Source of the DNA: Squalus acanthias
Taxonomy: Eukaryota
DNA length: 64,000 nt
NCBI GenBank assembly: GCA_030390025.1
Contig: JASTWF010000335.1
Location: 248,001 to 312,000, forward strand
Reading direction: 5' to 3'
Part shown: positions 48,772-61,048 of the stretch, piece after piece
Numbering within the stretch: position 1 is the first letter of the stretch
Layout of the letters: the number at the start of each line of letters is the position of its first letter
Notes under the pieces: generated by a model
Database searches by the model: none
The model's input: only the letters and a program-made list of their open reading frames with translations
Told to the model about the DNA's origin: nothing
Translations under genes and position numbers: made by a program

Positions 48772-51455
48772 AGGATCTAAATATTCAAGGATACTTAACT
48801 TTAGAAGAGATAGGCAAAATGGAAAAGGCGGACGGGTAGCCCTGATAATAAAGGATGGGATAAAGACAGTAGAGAGAAAGAATCTTAGCTCCAAAAATCA
48901 AGAAGTAGAATCAGTTTGGGTGGAGCTAAGAAACAGCAAGGGGCAGAAAACATTGGTGGGAGTTGTTTATCGGCCCCCAACATGTAGTTGTAATGTAGGG
49001 CAGAGTATAAGCCAGGAAATTGGAGGCACATGTAACAAGGGTAATACAGTAATCATGGGGGACTTTAATCTACATATAGACTGGGCAAACCAAATTTGCA
49101 GTAATAGTGTGGAGGACGAATTCATGGAATGTCTACAAGATAGTTTTCTAGATCAGTAAGTTGAGGAACCAACTAGGGAACAGGCTATTTTAGATCTAGT
49201 GTTGTGCAATGAGAAAGGGTTAATTAATAACCTTGTAGTAAAGGTGCCTTTAGGGAAGAGTGACCATAATATGATAGAATTTTATATTGAGTTTGAAAGT
49301 GATTTAGTTAAATCTCAAACTAGGGTCTTAAATCTAAACAAAGCAAACTACGTCGGTATGAGGGGCGAGTTGGCTGAGGTAGATTGGGAAACTACATCAA
49401 AAGGTATGATGATAGACAAGCAATGGCTAGCATTTGAAGAATTAATACATAATTTACAACAAATATACATTCCTTTAAGGCACAAAAACCCCACAGGAAA
49501 AGTGGTCCAACCTGGGAATTGGAAAGATTTTAGAATTCAGCAAAGGAGGACCAAGAAATTCATAAAGAAAGGGAAAACAGAATATGAGAGTAAGCTAGCG
49601 AGAGACATAAAAACAGACTGTAAAATCTTCTATAGGTATGTAAAAAGGAAAAGTTAAGCGAAAGTAAATGTGGGTCCCTTACAGGCTGAGACAGGAGAAA
49701 TTGTAATGGGGAATAAGGAAATGGCAGTGAAATTAAACAAATACTTTGTGTCTGTCTTCACGGAAGAAGATGCAAAAAACTTCCCGGAAATAGTGGAGAA
49801 CCAAGGGTCTAGTGAAAATGAGGAACTGATAGAAATTAGTATTAGTAAAAAAATAGTACTGGAGAAATTAATGGGACTGAAAGCCGATAAATCCCTTGGA
49901 CCATACGCCTACATCCTAGGGTTTTGAAAGAAGTGACTATAGAGATAGTGGATGCATTGGTTGTCACTTTCCAACATTCCATAGATTCTAGAACGGTTCC
50001 CGTGGATTGGAAGGTTCAAATGTAACCCCACTAATTAAGAAAGGAGGGAGAGAGAAAACGGGGAACTACAGACCAGTTAGCCTGGCATCAGCAGCAGGAA
50101 AAATGCTAGAATCTATTATTAACAACGTGGTAACAGGGCACTTAGAAAATAATAAAAGGATTGGGCAGAGTCAACACAGATTTATGAAAGGGAAATCGTG
50201 TTTGACAAAACTGTTAGAAGTTTTTGAGGTTGTAACTCGCAGAATAGATAAGGGGGAACCAGTGGATGTGGTGTATTTGGATTTTCATAAGGCGATAAGG
50301 TGCCACACAAGAGGTTATTAAACAAAATTAGGGCTCATGGGATTGGGGGTAATATACTAGCATGGATTGAGGATTGGTTAACGGACAGAAAACAGAGAGC
50401 AGGAAAAAATGGATCATTTTCGGGTTGGCAGGCTGTAACGAGTGGGGTATCGCAAGGATCAGTGCTTGGGCCTCAGCTATTCACAATCTACATCAATGAT
50501 TTGGATGAGGGGACCAAATGTAATATATCCAAGTTTGCTGATGATACAAAGCTAGGTGGGAATGTAAGTTGTGAGGAGGATGCAAGGAGGCTTCAAGGGG
50601 ATATAGACAGGCTAAGTGAGTGGGCAAGAACATGGCAAATGGAATATAATGTGGAGAAATGTGAAGTTATCCACTTTGGTAGGAAAAATAGAGAAGCAGA
50701 GTATTTTTTAAATGGTGAGAGATTGGGAAATGTTGGTGTTCAGAGGGACCTGGGTGTCCTTGTACACAAATCACTGAAAGTTAGCATGTAGGTACAGCAA
50801 GCAATTAGGAAAGCAAATGGTATGTTGGCCTTTATTACAAGAGGATTTGAGTATAAGAGTAAAGACGTCTTACTGCAATTATATAGGGCCCTGGTGAGAC
50901 CACACCTGGAGTATTGTGTACAGTTTTGGTCTCCTTACCTAAGGAAGGATATACTTGCCATAGAGGGAGTGCAACGAAGATTTACCAGACTGATTCCTGG
51001 AATGGAGGGATTGTCCTATGAGGAGAGATTGAGTAGACTAGGCCTATATTCTCTAGAGTTTAGAAGAATGAGAGGTGATCTCATTGAAACATACAAAATT
51101 CTTACAGGGCTAGACAGGTTAGATGCAGGGAGGATGTTTCCCCTGATTGGGGAGTCTAGAACCAGGGGTCACAGTCTCAGAATAAGGGGTCGGTCATTTA
51201 GGACTGAGATGAAGAGAAATTTCTTCACTCAGAGGGTGGTGAATCTTTGGAAATCTCTACCCCAGAGGGCTGTGGAGGCTCAGTCGTTGAGCATATTCAA
51301 GACAGAGATCAATTAATATTAAGGGAATCAAGGGATATGGGGATAGTGCAGGAAAGTGGAGTTGAGGTAGAAGATCAGCCATGATCTTATCGAATGGCGG
51401 AGCAGGCTCGAAGGGCCAAAGGGCCTACTCCTGCTCTATTTCTTATGTTCTTATG
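48772..51455 (+). mobile_element. CR1 LINE ORF2 remnant (endonuclease to 3' tail), nested in an older CR1 3' fragment
   Basis: VGVVYRPP, IMGDFNL, LGKSDHN, NYRPVSL, KFADDTKL and LEYCVQFWSP across ORFs 48920-51316. Flanking CR1 pieces at 48620-48770 and 51457-51760 continue each other. Confidence 0.92.
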
Positions 51456-51924
51456 TAGGGTCGGTAACCAGAGGTCACAGATTTAAGATGATCTGTAAAA
51501 GAACGAGAGGGGAAATGAGGAGAAATTTCCTCACACAGAGGGTTGTGAAGATCTGGATCGCAGTACCTGAAAGGATGGTGGAATCTGATTCCAGAGGAAC
51601 TTTCAAAAGGCAATTGGACATGTACTTGAAGAGGACTCATTTGCAGACTTATTGGGGGGGCGGGGGGGGGGGGGAAAGCTAAATTGGACAGCTATTTCAA
51701 ACAGCCGGCATAGGCACATCCACGACAGGCCGAATGGCCTCCCTCTGTGCTGTAATATTCGAAGGGCATGCACCCGAAACATGGACTATCAGTGCTGCCC
51801 GGGGATGCTGCATATTTTCAGTTGTCTCTGTGTTTAGTTTGGGGTGACACGCATCAAAATAATGTTAGCCATGGATCAGTGAGTAGCACTCTTGCCTCTG
51901 GGTCAGAAGTTTGTGGGTTCGAAC

Positions 51925-54900
51925 TAAACTAATTAGTGGGGGGGAGGTTTCAAGAGAGCAAAAAATAAAAATGTCAGCGGAGAAGGCAATAGAGCAAAGT
52001 AGCAGTGGGGTAATTAAAAATCACAGTGTGTCAGGAAGGGACAGAATATATAAAGATAAAGGTAAAGTAGTAAAGGGGGTAAAAGCAGGAATAAATTGTC
52101 ACAAAACATATTTAAAAGTTCTTTATCTGAATACATGCAGCATTCGTAACAAAATAGACGAGTTGACGGTACAAATAACTACACATGGGTATGATCTGGT
52201 GGCCATTACAGAAACATGGCTGCAAGGTGACCATGACTGGGAACTAAACGTCCAGGGGTATTTGACTATTAGGAAGGACAGACTGGAAGGAAAGGGAGGT
52301 GGGGTGGCTTTGTTAATAAAGGATGGAATCACTGCAATAGTGAGAAATGGTATTGGGTCAAAGGACCAGGATAGTGAAACAGTTTGGGTGGAGATAGGAA
52401 TAATAAGGGGAAAAAGTCACTAGTGGGCATAGTCTATAGGCCTCCTAACAGTTGCAACTCAATTGGTCGGAGTATTAATCAGGAAATAGTTGGGGCTTGT
52501 AATAAGGGAACAGCTATAATCATGGGAGATTTTAACTTTCATATTGACTGGACAAATCAAATTGGGCAGGGCAGCCTTGAGGAAGAGTTCATAGAGTGCA
52601 TTAGGGACGGGTTCCTTGAGCAGTATGTTACTGAACCAACCAGGGGGCAGGCAATCTTAGATCTGGTCCTGTGTAATGAGACAGGATTAATAAAAAAATG
52701 TCCTAGTAAAGGATCCCCTTGGAATGAGTGACCATAACATGGTTGAATTCCAAATTCAGTTGGAGGGTGAGAGAGTTGGTTCTCAAACCAGCGTACTAAG
52801 CCTAAATAAAGAAGACTATGAAGGTATGAGAGCAGAGTTGACTAAAGTGGACTGGGAAAATAAATTAAGGTGTAAGACGGTACAGGAGCAGTGGTGTACA
52901 TTCAAGGAGGTATTTCACAACTTTCAAGAAAAATATATTCCACTGAGGAAAAAGGGGCGTAAAAGAAAAGACAGCCATCCATGGCTTAGTAAAGTAATAA
53001 AGGATAGTATCCAACTAAAAACAAGGGCTTATAAAGTAGCCGGAAGCATTTAAAAACCAGCAAAGAATAACTAAAAGAGTAATTAAGAAAGGGAAGATAG
53101 ATTATGAAAGTAAACTAGCAAAAAATATGAAAACAGATAGCAAGAGTTTCTACAGTTATATAAAAAGAAAAAGGGTGGCTAAAGTGAATGTTGGTCCCTT
53201 AGAGGACGAGACTGGGAAATTAGCAGTGGGGAACATGGAGATGGCAAATACGCTGAACAAATATTTTGTATCAGTCTTTACAGTAGAGGACACTAAAAAT
53301 ATCCCAACACTGGACAAACAAGGGGCTATAGGGGGGGAGGAGCTAAACACGATTAAAATCACTAAGGAGATGGTACTCGGTAAGATAATGGGACTTAAGG
53401 CGGATAAATCCCCTGGACCTGATGGCTTACATCCTAGGGTCTTGAGAGAAGTTGCGGTAGGGATTGCGGATGCATTGGTGGTAATTTTCCAAAACTCCCT
53501 GGATTCAGGAAAGGTCCCAGCAGATTGGAAAACTGCTAATGTAACACCCTTATTTAAAAAGAGAGGTAGACAAAAGGCTGGAAACTATAGACCAGTTAGC
53601 CTAACATCTGTGGTTGGTAAAATGTTGGAGTCCATTATTAAGGAAGCAGTAACAGGACATTTGGATAAGCATAACTTAATCGGACAGAGTCAGCATGGTT
53701 TTATGAAGGGGAAATCATGCTTGACAAATTTGCTCGAATTCTTTGAGGATGTAACAAACAAGGTGGATAAAGGGGAATCAGTGGATGTGGTGTATTTGGA
53801 CTTCCAAAAGGCATTTGACAAGGTACCACTCGAAAGATTACTGCACAAGATAAAAAATCACGGGATTGGGGGTAATATACTGGCATGGGTGGAAGATTGG
53901 CTATCTAACAGAAAACAGAGAGTTGGGATAAATGGTTCATTCTCGGGTTGGCAATCAGTAACTAGTGGTGTTCCGCAGGGGTCAGTGCTGGGACCCCAAC
54001 TCTTTACAATCTATATTAACGATTTGGAGGAGGGGACCAAGTGCAACGTATCCAAGTTGCAGATGATACAAAGATGGGAGGGAAAGCAGTGAGTGAGGAG
54101 GACATAAAAAACCTGCAAAAGGACATAGACAGGCTAAGTGAGTGGGCAGAAATTTGGCAGATGGAATATAATGTTGGAAAGTGTGAGGTTATGCACTTTG
54201 GCAGAAAAAATCAAAGAGCAAGTTATTATCTAAATGGAAAGAAACTGCAAAGTGCTACAGTACAAAGGGATCTGGGGGTCCTGGTGCATGAAACACAGAA
54301 GGTTAGTATGCAGGTACAGCAGGTGATCAGGAAGGCCAATGGAATCTTGGCTTTTATTGCAAGGGGGATGGAGTATAAAAGCAGGGAAGTCTTGCTCCAG
54401 CTATACAGGGTACTGGTGAGGCCACACCTGGAGTACTGCGTACAGTTTTGGTTTCCATATTTAAGAAAAGATATACTTGCTCTCGAGGCAGTTCAGAGAA
54501 GGTTCACTCGGTTGATTCCGGAGATGAGGGGGTTGACTTATGAGGAAAGGTTGAGTAGGTTGGGCCTCTACTCATTGGAATACAGAAGAATGAGAGGCGA
54601 TCTTATCGAAACATATAAGATTGTGAGGGGGCTTGATCGGGTGGAGGCGGGGAGGATGTTTCCACTGATGGGTGAGACTAGAACTAGGGGGCATAATCTT
54701 AGAATAAGGGGCTGTCGTTTCAAAACTGAGCTGAGGGGAAACTTCTTCACTCAGAGGGTAGTAAATCTATGGAATTTGCTACCTCAGAGAGCTGTGGAAG
54801 CTGCGACATTAAATAAATTTAAAACGGAGAGAGACAGTTTCCTAGCTGATAAGGGAATTAAGGGTTATGGGGAGCGGGCAGGGAAGTGGACGTGAGTCTA

Positions 54901-54997
54901 GGTTCGGATCAGCCATGATCCTATTGAATGGCGGAGCAGGCCCGAAGGGTCGTATGGCCGACTCCTGCTCCTACTACTTATGTTCTTATGTTCTTAT
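51925..54997 (+). mobile_element. CR1 LINE ORF2 remnant, near full length
   Basis: LYLN..SIRNK, ITETWL, GDFN, SDHN and the RT motifs, with several frameshifts and a ttatgttc tail. Confidence 0.93.
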
Positions 54998-55975
54998 GTC
55001 CAGAGCCTCGAGCTCAATTACCCCAGATGAACATTCCCTGGTTTTAGTACTGAGGGAGCGCTGCACTGTCGGCGGGGCAGTACTGAGGTAGCACTGCACT
55101 GTCAGAGGGGCTGTACTGAGGGAGCGCCGCACTGTCGGCGGGGCAGTACTGAGGGAGCGCTGCACTGTCGGAGTGGCAGTACTGAGGTAGCACTGCACTG
55201 TCAGAGGGGCTGTACTGAGGGAGCGCTGCACTGTCGGAGGGGCAGTACTGAGGGAGCGCTGCACTGTCGGAGGGGCAGTACTGAGGGAGCGCCTGCACTG
55301 TCGGAGGGTCAGTACTGAGGGAGCACTGCACTGTCGGAGGGGCAGTACTGAGGGAGTGCTGCACTGTCGGAGGGGCAGTTCTGAAGGAGCTCTGCACTGT
55401 CGGCGGGGCAGTACTGAGGTAGCGCTGCACTGTCGGAGTGGCAGTACTGAGGGAACGCTGCACTGTCAGAGGGGCAGTACTGAGGTAGCGCTGCACTGTC
55501 GGAGGGGCAGTACTGAGGGAGTGCTGCACTGCCGGAGGGGCAGTACTGAGGGAGCACTGCACAGTCGGAGGGGCAGTACTGAGGGAGTGCTGCACTGTCA
55601 GAGGGGCAGTACTGAGGGAGCTCCGCTGCACTGTCGGAGGGGCAGTACTGAGGGAGCCCTGCACTGTCGGAGGGGCTGATTTCGGAATGAGATGTTAAAC
55701 CGAGGCCTCGACTGCCCTTTCAGGTGGATGTAAACGTTCCGATACGCACTATTGGAAGATAAGCGGGTGATTTCTCACTGGTATCCAGGCCAATGTCTGT
55801 TCCTCAACCAACACCTAAACCATTGTCTGCAAGTTTAACTCATTGATGTTTTGTGGGCGCTTACTGTGCACAAATTGGCTGCTGCATTTCCTACATTACA
55901 ACAGTGACTACAGTTCAAAAAGTACTTCATTGGTTGTAAAGCACTTCGGGGTGTCCTGAGGTCGTGAAAGGTGCT
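54998..55975 (+). mobile_element. Deu-domain SINE with an internal 33-bp array of about 19 units
   Basis: Array at 55046-55675, then tttcggaatgagatgttaaaccgagg through gtcgtgaaaggtgct. Confidence 0.85.
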
Positions 55976-57040
55976 GGAGGAGGTTACAGAGATAGGGAGG
56001 TTGTAGGGCTGGAGGAGGTTACAGAAATAGGGAGGGATGTAGGGCCTGGAGGAGGTTACAGAGATAGGGAGGGTTGTAGGGCTGGAGGAGGTTACAGAGA
56101 TAGGGAGGGTTGTGGGGGCTGGAGGAGGTTACAGAGATAGGGAGGGTTGTAGGGGCTGGAGGAGATTACAGAGATAGGGAGGGTTGTAGGGCTGGAGGAG
56201 GTTACAGAGATAGGGAGGGTTGTAGGGCTGGAGGAGGTTACAGAGATAGGGAGGGTTGTAGGGGCTGGAGGAGGTTACAGTGATAGGGAGGGTTGTAGGG
56301 GCTGGAGGAGGTTACAGTGATAGGGAGGGTTGTAGGAGGTTAGAGATAGGGAGGGTTGTAGGGCTGGAGGAGGTTACAGAGATAGGGGAGGGTTGTAGGG
56401 GCTGGAGGAGGTTACAGAGATAGGGAGGGTTGTAGGGCTGGAGGAGGTTACAGAGATAGGGAGGGTTGTCGGGGCTGGAGGAAGTTACAGAGATAGGGAG
56501 GGTTGTAGGGCTGGAGGAGGTTACAGAGATAGGGAGGGTTGTAGGAGGTTACAGAGATAGGGAGGGTTGTAGGGCTGGAGGAGGTTACAGAGATAGGGAC
56601 GGTTGTAGGGCTGGAGGAGGTTACACAGATAAGGAGGGTTGTAGGAGCTGGAGGAGGTTAAAGAGATAGGGAGGGTTGCAGGGGCTGGAGGAGGTTACAG
56701 AGATAGGGAGGGTTGTAGGGGCTGGAGGAGGTTACAGAGATAGGGAGGGTTGTAGGGGCTGCAGGAGGTTACAGAGATAGGGAGGGTTGTAGGGGCTGCA
56801 GGAGGTTACAGAGATAGGGAGGGTTGTAGGGCTGGAGGAGGTTACAGAGATAGGGTGGGTTGTAGGGGCTGGAGGAGGTTACAGAGATAGGGAGGGTTGT
56901 AGGGCTGGAGGAGGTTACAGAGCTAGGGGGGGTTGTCGGGGCTGGGGGAGGTTACAGAGATAGGGAGGGTTGTAGGGCTGGAGGAGGTTACAGAGATAGG
57001 GAGGGTTCTAGGGGCTGGAGGAGGTTACAGAGATAGGGAG
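55973..57040. repeat. 36/37-bp minisatellite (about 29 units) derived from an L2 3' coding segment
   Basis: Unit ggagggttgtagg(g)gctggaggaggttacagagatag matches the reverse complement of 38295-38333. L2-like sequence continues at 57070-57220. Confidence 0.9.
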
Positions 57041-57507
57041 GCGGTGTGGTGGGGGGCGGGTGGGGGGTGTGAGGCCATGGAGGTATTAAAATCGAGGTGC
57101 TTCCAAACCGGGAGCCAATGTCGGTCAGTGAGCACAGTGGGGGTGATGGGGGAGCGAGGCTTGGTGCGAGTTCAAATACAGAGCAGCAGAGTTTCGGATG
57201 AGCTCCAGTTTACGGAGGATGGTTTGGTGTCCTTGGCCGTAAAGAGTTGTTGAATAGAAATAACGATTTCCACATTCTCCCTCTTCATGCAACTTTTAAT
57301 ATTTAAGCATATACAGGTTTTTAGCCCTTGTCACCGGGGCTCTGTTACAAACACTAAAAGACCATTTACACCAATAGACATTCCTGTTTAGATTCGGTAT
57401 TAAATACTGGACAGCTCAATTTGTTCAAGGTGAGCTCAAACATAAAACAGGTCAAGTCTTGCTCATCGCTCCTTGTTCACTGCCCCTGTTGAATGGGAAA
57501 CTATCAC

Positions 57508-57558
57508 CTTTCTCCTTGCTGCTGGTGCCAGTCCCACGAATACATACTGTCATTGCGG
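57508..57558 (-). other. Candidate orphan 51-nt exon
   Basis: Branch point CTAAC, then tatttttgatgcttttccag| acceptor and AAAG|gtgata donor, in the only sizeable unique island between 48 and 60 kb. Confidence 0.35.
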
Positions 57559-57604
57559 CTGGAAAAGCATCAAAAATAGTTAGTTCATCTGATTTTGTAG
57601 GGAA

Positions 57605-60432
57605 GAATCATAGAATCATAGAAGATAGGAGCAGGAGGAGGCCATTCGGCCCCTCGAGCCTGCTCCGCCATTTAATGAGATCATGGCTGATCATCCAAAC
57701 TCAGTACCCTGTCCCTGCCTTCTCCCATATCCCTTGATACCTTTAGCCTTAAGAAATATATCCAACTCCTTCTTGAATCTATTTAATGAATTGGCATCTA
57801 CTGCCTTCTGTGGTAGAGAATTCCACAGGTTCACCACTCTCTGGGTGAAGAAATTCCTCCTCATTTCTGTCCTAAATGGCTTACCCCTTATCCTTAGACT
57901 GTGACCCCTGGTTCTGGACTCCCCCGCCATCGGGAACATCCTTCCTGCATCTAGTTTGTCCTCTCCTGTCAGAATTTTATAAGTTTCAATGAGATCCCCT
58001 CTCATTCTTCTAAACTCCAGCGAGTATAAGCCCAATTGACCCAATCTCTCTTCATACGTCATTCCTGCCATCCCAGGTATCAGTCTGGTGAATCTTCGCT
58101 GAACTCCTTCCATGGCAAGAACATCCTTCCTCAGATAAGGCGACCAAAACTGCACACAGTACTCAAGGTGTGGTCTCACCAAGGCCCTGTGCAACTGCAG
58201 CAAGACATCCTTGTTCCTGTACTCAAACCCTTTCGCTATGAAGGCCAACATACCATTTACCTTCTAACCGCATGCTGCACCTGCATGCTTACCTTCAGCG
58301 ACTGGTGCACAAGGACACCCAGGTCTCGTTGCACTTCCCCTTCTCCCAATCTATTGCCATTCAGATAATAATCTGCCTTTCTGTTTTTGACACCAAAGTG
58401 GATAACCTCGCATTTATCCACGTTATATTGCATCTGCCACGCTTCTGCCCAATCACCCAACTTGTCCAAATCATCCTGGAGTTTCTCGGCATCCTCCTCG
58501 CAGCACATACGCCCACTCAGTTTTGTGTCGTCTGCAAACTTGGAGATATTACATGTAGTTCCCTTGTATAGATCATTGATATATATTGTGAATAGCTGGG
58601 GTCCAAGGACCGATCCCTGCGGTACCCCACTAGTCACTGCCTGCCACTCGGACTCAGACCCGTTTATTCCAACTCTTTGCTTTCTTTCTGCCAACCAGTT
58701 CTCTATCCAAGTCAATACCTTGCCCCCAATCCCATGTGCCTTAACTCTACACGCTAATCTCTTATGCGGGACCTTATCAAAAGCCTTTTGGAAGTCCAAA
58801 TACACCACATCCATTGGTTTTCCCTTATCTATTTTACCAGTTACATCCTCAAAAAATTCCAGTAGATTAGTCAAGCATGATTTACCTTTTGTAAATCCAT
58901 GTTGACTTTGTCCGATCCTGTCACTGTTTTCCAAGTGCTCAGCTATTACATCCTTTATAATGGACTCTAGCATTTTCCCCACTACCGATGTCAGGCTTAC
59001 CAGTCTGGTAATTCCCCGTTTTCTCTCTGCCACCCTTTTTGAATAGTGGGGTAACATTAGCTACCCTCCAATCCATGGGTACAGTTCCAGATTCCATCGA
59101 ATGTTGGAAGATGATCAGCAATGCATCTACTATTTCTAGGGCCACTTCCTTAAGTACCCTAGGATGTAGATTATCAGGCCCTGGGGATTTATCGGCCTTC
59201 AATCCCTTCAATTTCCCTAACACCATTTCCCTACAAATACTGATTTCTTGCAGTTCCTCCCTTTCATCAGACCCTATGTTCCCCAACATCTCTGGGAGGT
59301 TATTTGTGTCCTCATTTATGAAGACAGAACCAAAATATGTATTTAATTGGTCTGCCATTTCTTTGTTCCCCATTATAAGTTCCCCTGATTCTGACTGCAA
59401 GGGACCTATGCTTGATTTCACTAATCTTTTTCTCTTCACATATCTATAAAAGCTTTTACAGTCAGTTTTTATGTTCCCTGCAAGCTTACTCTTGTATTCT
59501 ATTTTCCCCTTCTTAATGAATCCCTTTGTCCTCCTTTGTTGAATCTTAAACTGCTCCCAATCCTCAGGGTTACTGCTTTTTCTTGCCAATTTATATGCCC
59601 TCTCCTTGGATCTTATGCTATCCCTAATTTCCCTTGTTAGCCATGGTTGAGTCACCCTTTTTGTTTTATTCTTATGCCAAACTGGGATGAACAAATTCTG
59701 TAGTTCGTCCATGCGGTCTTTGAATGTTTGCCATTGCCTATCCACCGTCAACCCTTTGAGTGACATTCCCCAATCAATCCTACCCAACTCGCACCTCATA
59801 CCATCGTAGTTTCCTTTATTTAAATTCAGGACCCTAGTCTCTGAGTCAACTACTTCACTCTCCATCCTAATGAAGAATTCTATCATATTATGATCGCTCC
59901 GACCCAAGGGGCCTCGCACAACAAGATTGCTAATTAATCCTTTCTCATTGCATAATACCCAGTCTAAGATGGCCTGATCTCTGGTTGGTTCCTCAACATA
60001 TTGGTCCAGGAAACCATCCCGTAAACACTCCAGGAATTCCTCCTCCATAGTATTGTTACTAATTTGGTTAGCCCAATCTATATGTAGATTAAAGTCACCC
60101 ATGATGACTGCTGTGCCCTTATTGCACGCATCTCTAATTTTCTGTTTAATGCCATCCCCAACCTCTGCATTACTGTTTGGAGGTCTATATATCACTCCCA
60201 CTAACGTTTTCTGCCCCTTGTTATTTCTCAGTTCAACCCATACAGATTCCACATCATCAGAGCTAATATCCTTCCTTTCAATTGTGTTAATCCCCTCTTT
60301 AACCAGCAATGCTACCCCACCTCCCATTCCTTTTTGCCTATCTTTCCTGAATATTGAGTACCCCTGGATATTAAGTTCCCAGCCTTGGCCACCCTGGAGC
60401 CATGTTTCGGTAATCCCAATCAAATCATATTT
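57605..60432 (-). mobile_element. CR1 LINE ORF2 remnant (endonuclease + RT + 3' tail)
   Basis: ORFs 58939..60522, 58257..59057 and 57691..58251 on the minus strand tile one ORF2 with frameshifts. Confidence 0.93.
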
Positions 60433-60499
60433 GTTGATAAACATCGAGCACGGCATAATTATTTGTGAAGCAAAAGTGTTCTTGACCACTTCCCCCAAA

Positions 60500-61048
60500 T
60501 TGCTCAGTTGGTTAAGGCACACAGAGCAGGAAAGGCCCAGGCTCCATCCCCGGCCCGTGCTGAGTTAGCCTGATCTCACACCCGGTGTGGTACTGAGCCC
60601 CCACACACACAAGAGCAGGAAAGGCCCAGGCTCCATCCCCGGCCTGTGCTGAGTGAGCTGATCTCACACCCGGTGTGGTACTGAGCCCCCCACACACACA
60701 CAGAGCAGGAAAGGCCCAGGCTCCATCCCCGGCCTGTGCTGAGTGAGCTGATCTCACACCCGGTGTGGTACTGAGCCCCCCACACACACAAAGAGCAGGA
60801 AAGGCCCAGGCTCCATCCCCGGCCTGTGCTGCGTTAGCCTGATCTCACACCCGGTGTGGTACTGAGCCCCACACACACACACAGAGCAGGAAAGGCCCAG
60901 GCTCCATCCCCAGCCTGTGCTGAGTTAGCCTGATCTCACACCCAGTGTAGTACTGAGCCCCACACACACACACAGTGCAGGAAAGGCCCAGGCTCCATCC
61001 CCAGCCTGTGCTGAGTTAGCCTGATCTCACACCCAGTGTGGTACTGAG
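60500..61048 (+). repeat. About 90-bp tandem repeat (6 units) of a tRNA-like SINE head
   Basis: A-box-like tgctcagttgg precedes units cagagcaggaaaggcccaggctccatccccggcctgtgctgag...gtactgagcccc(ca)n. GGCTCCATCC resembles a decayed B box. Confidence 0.82.
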
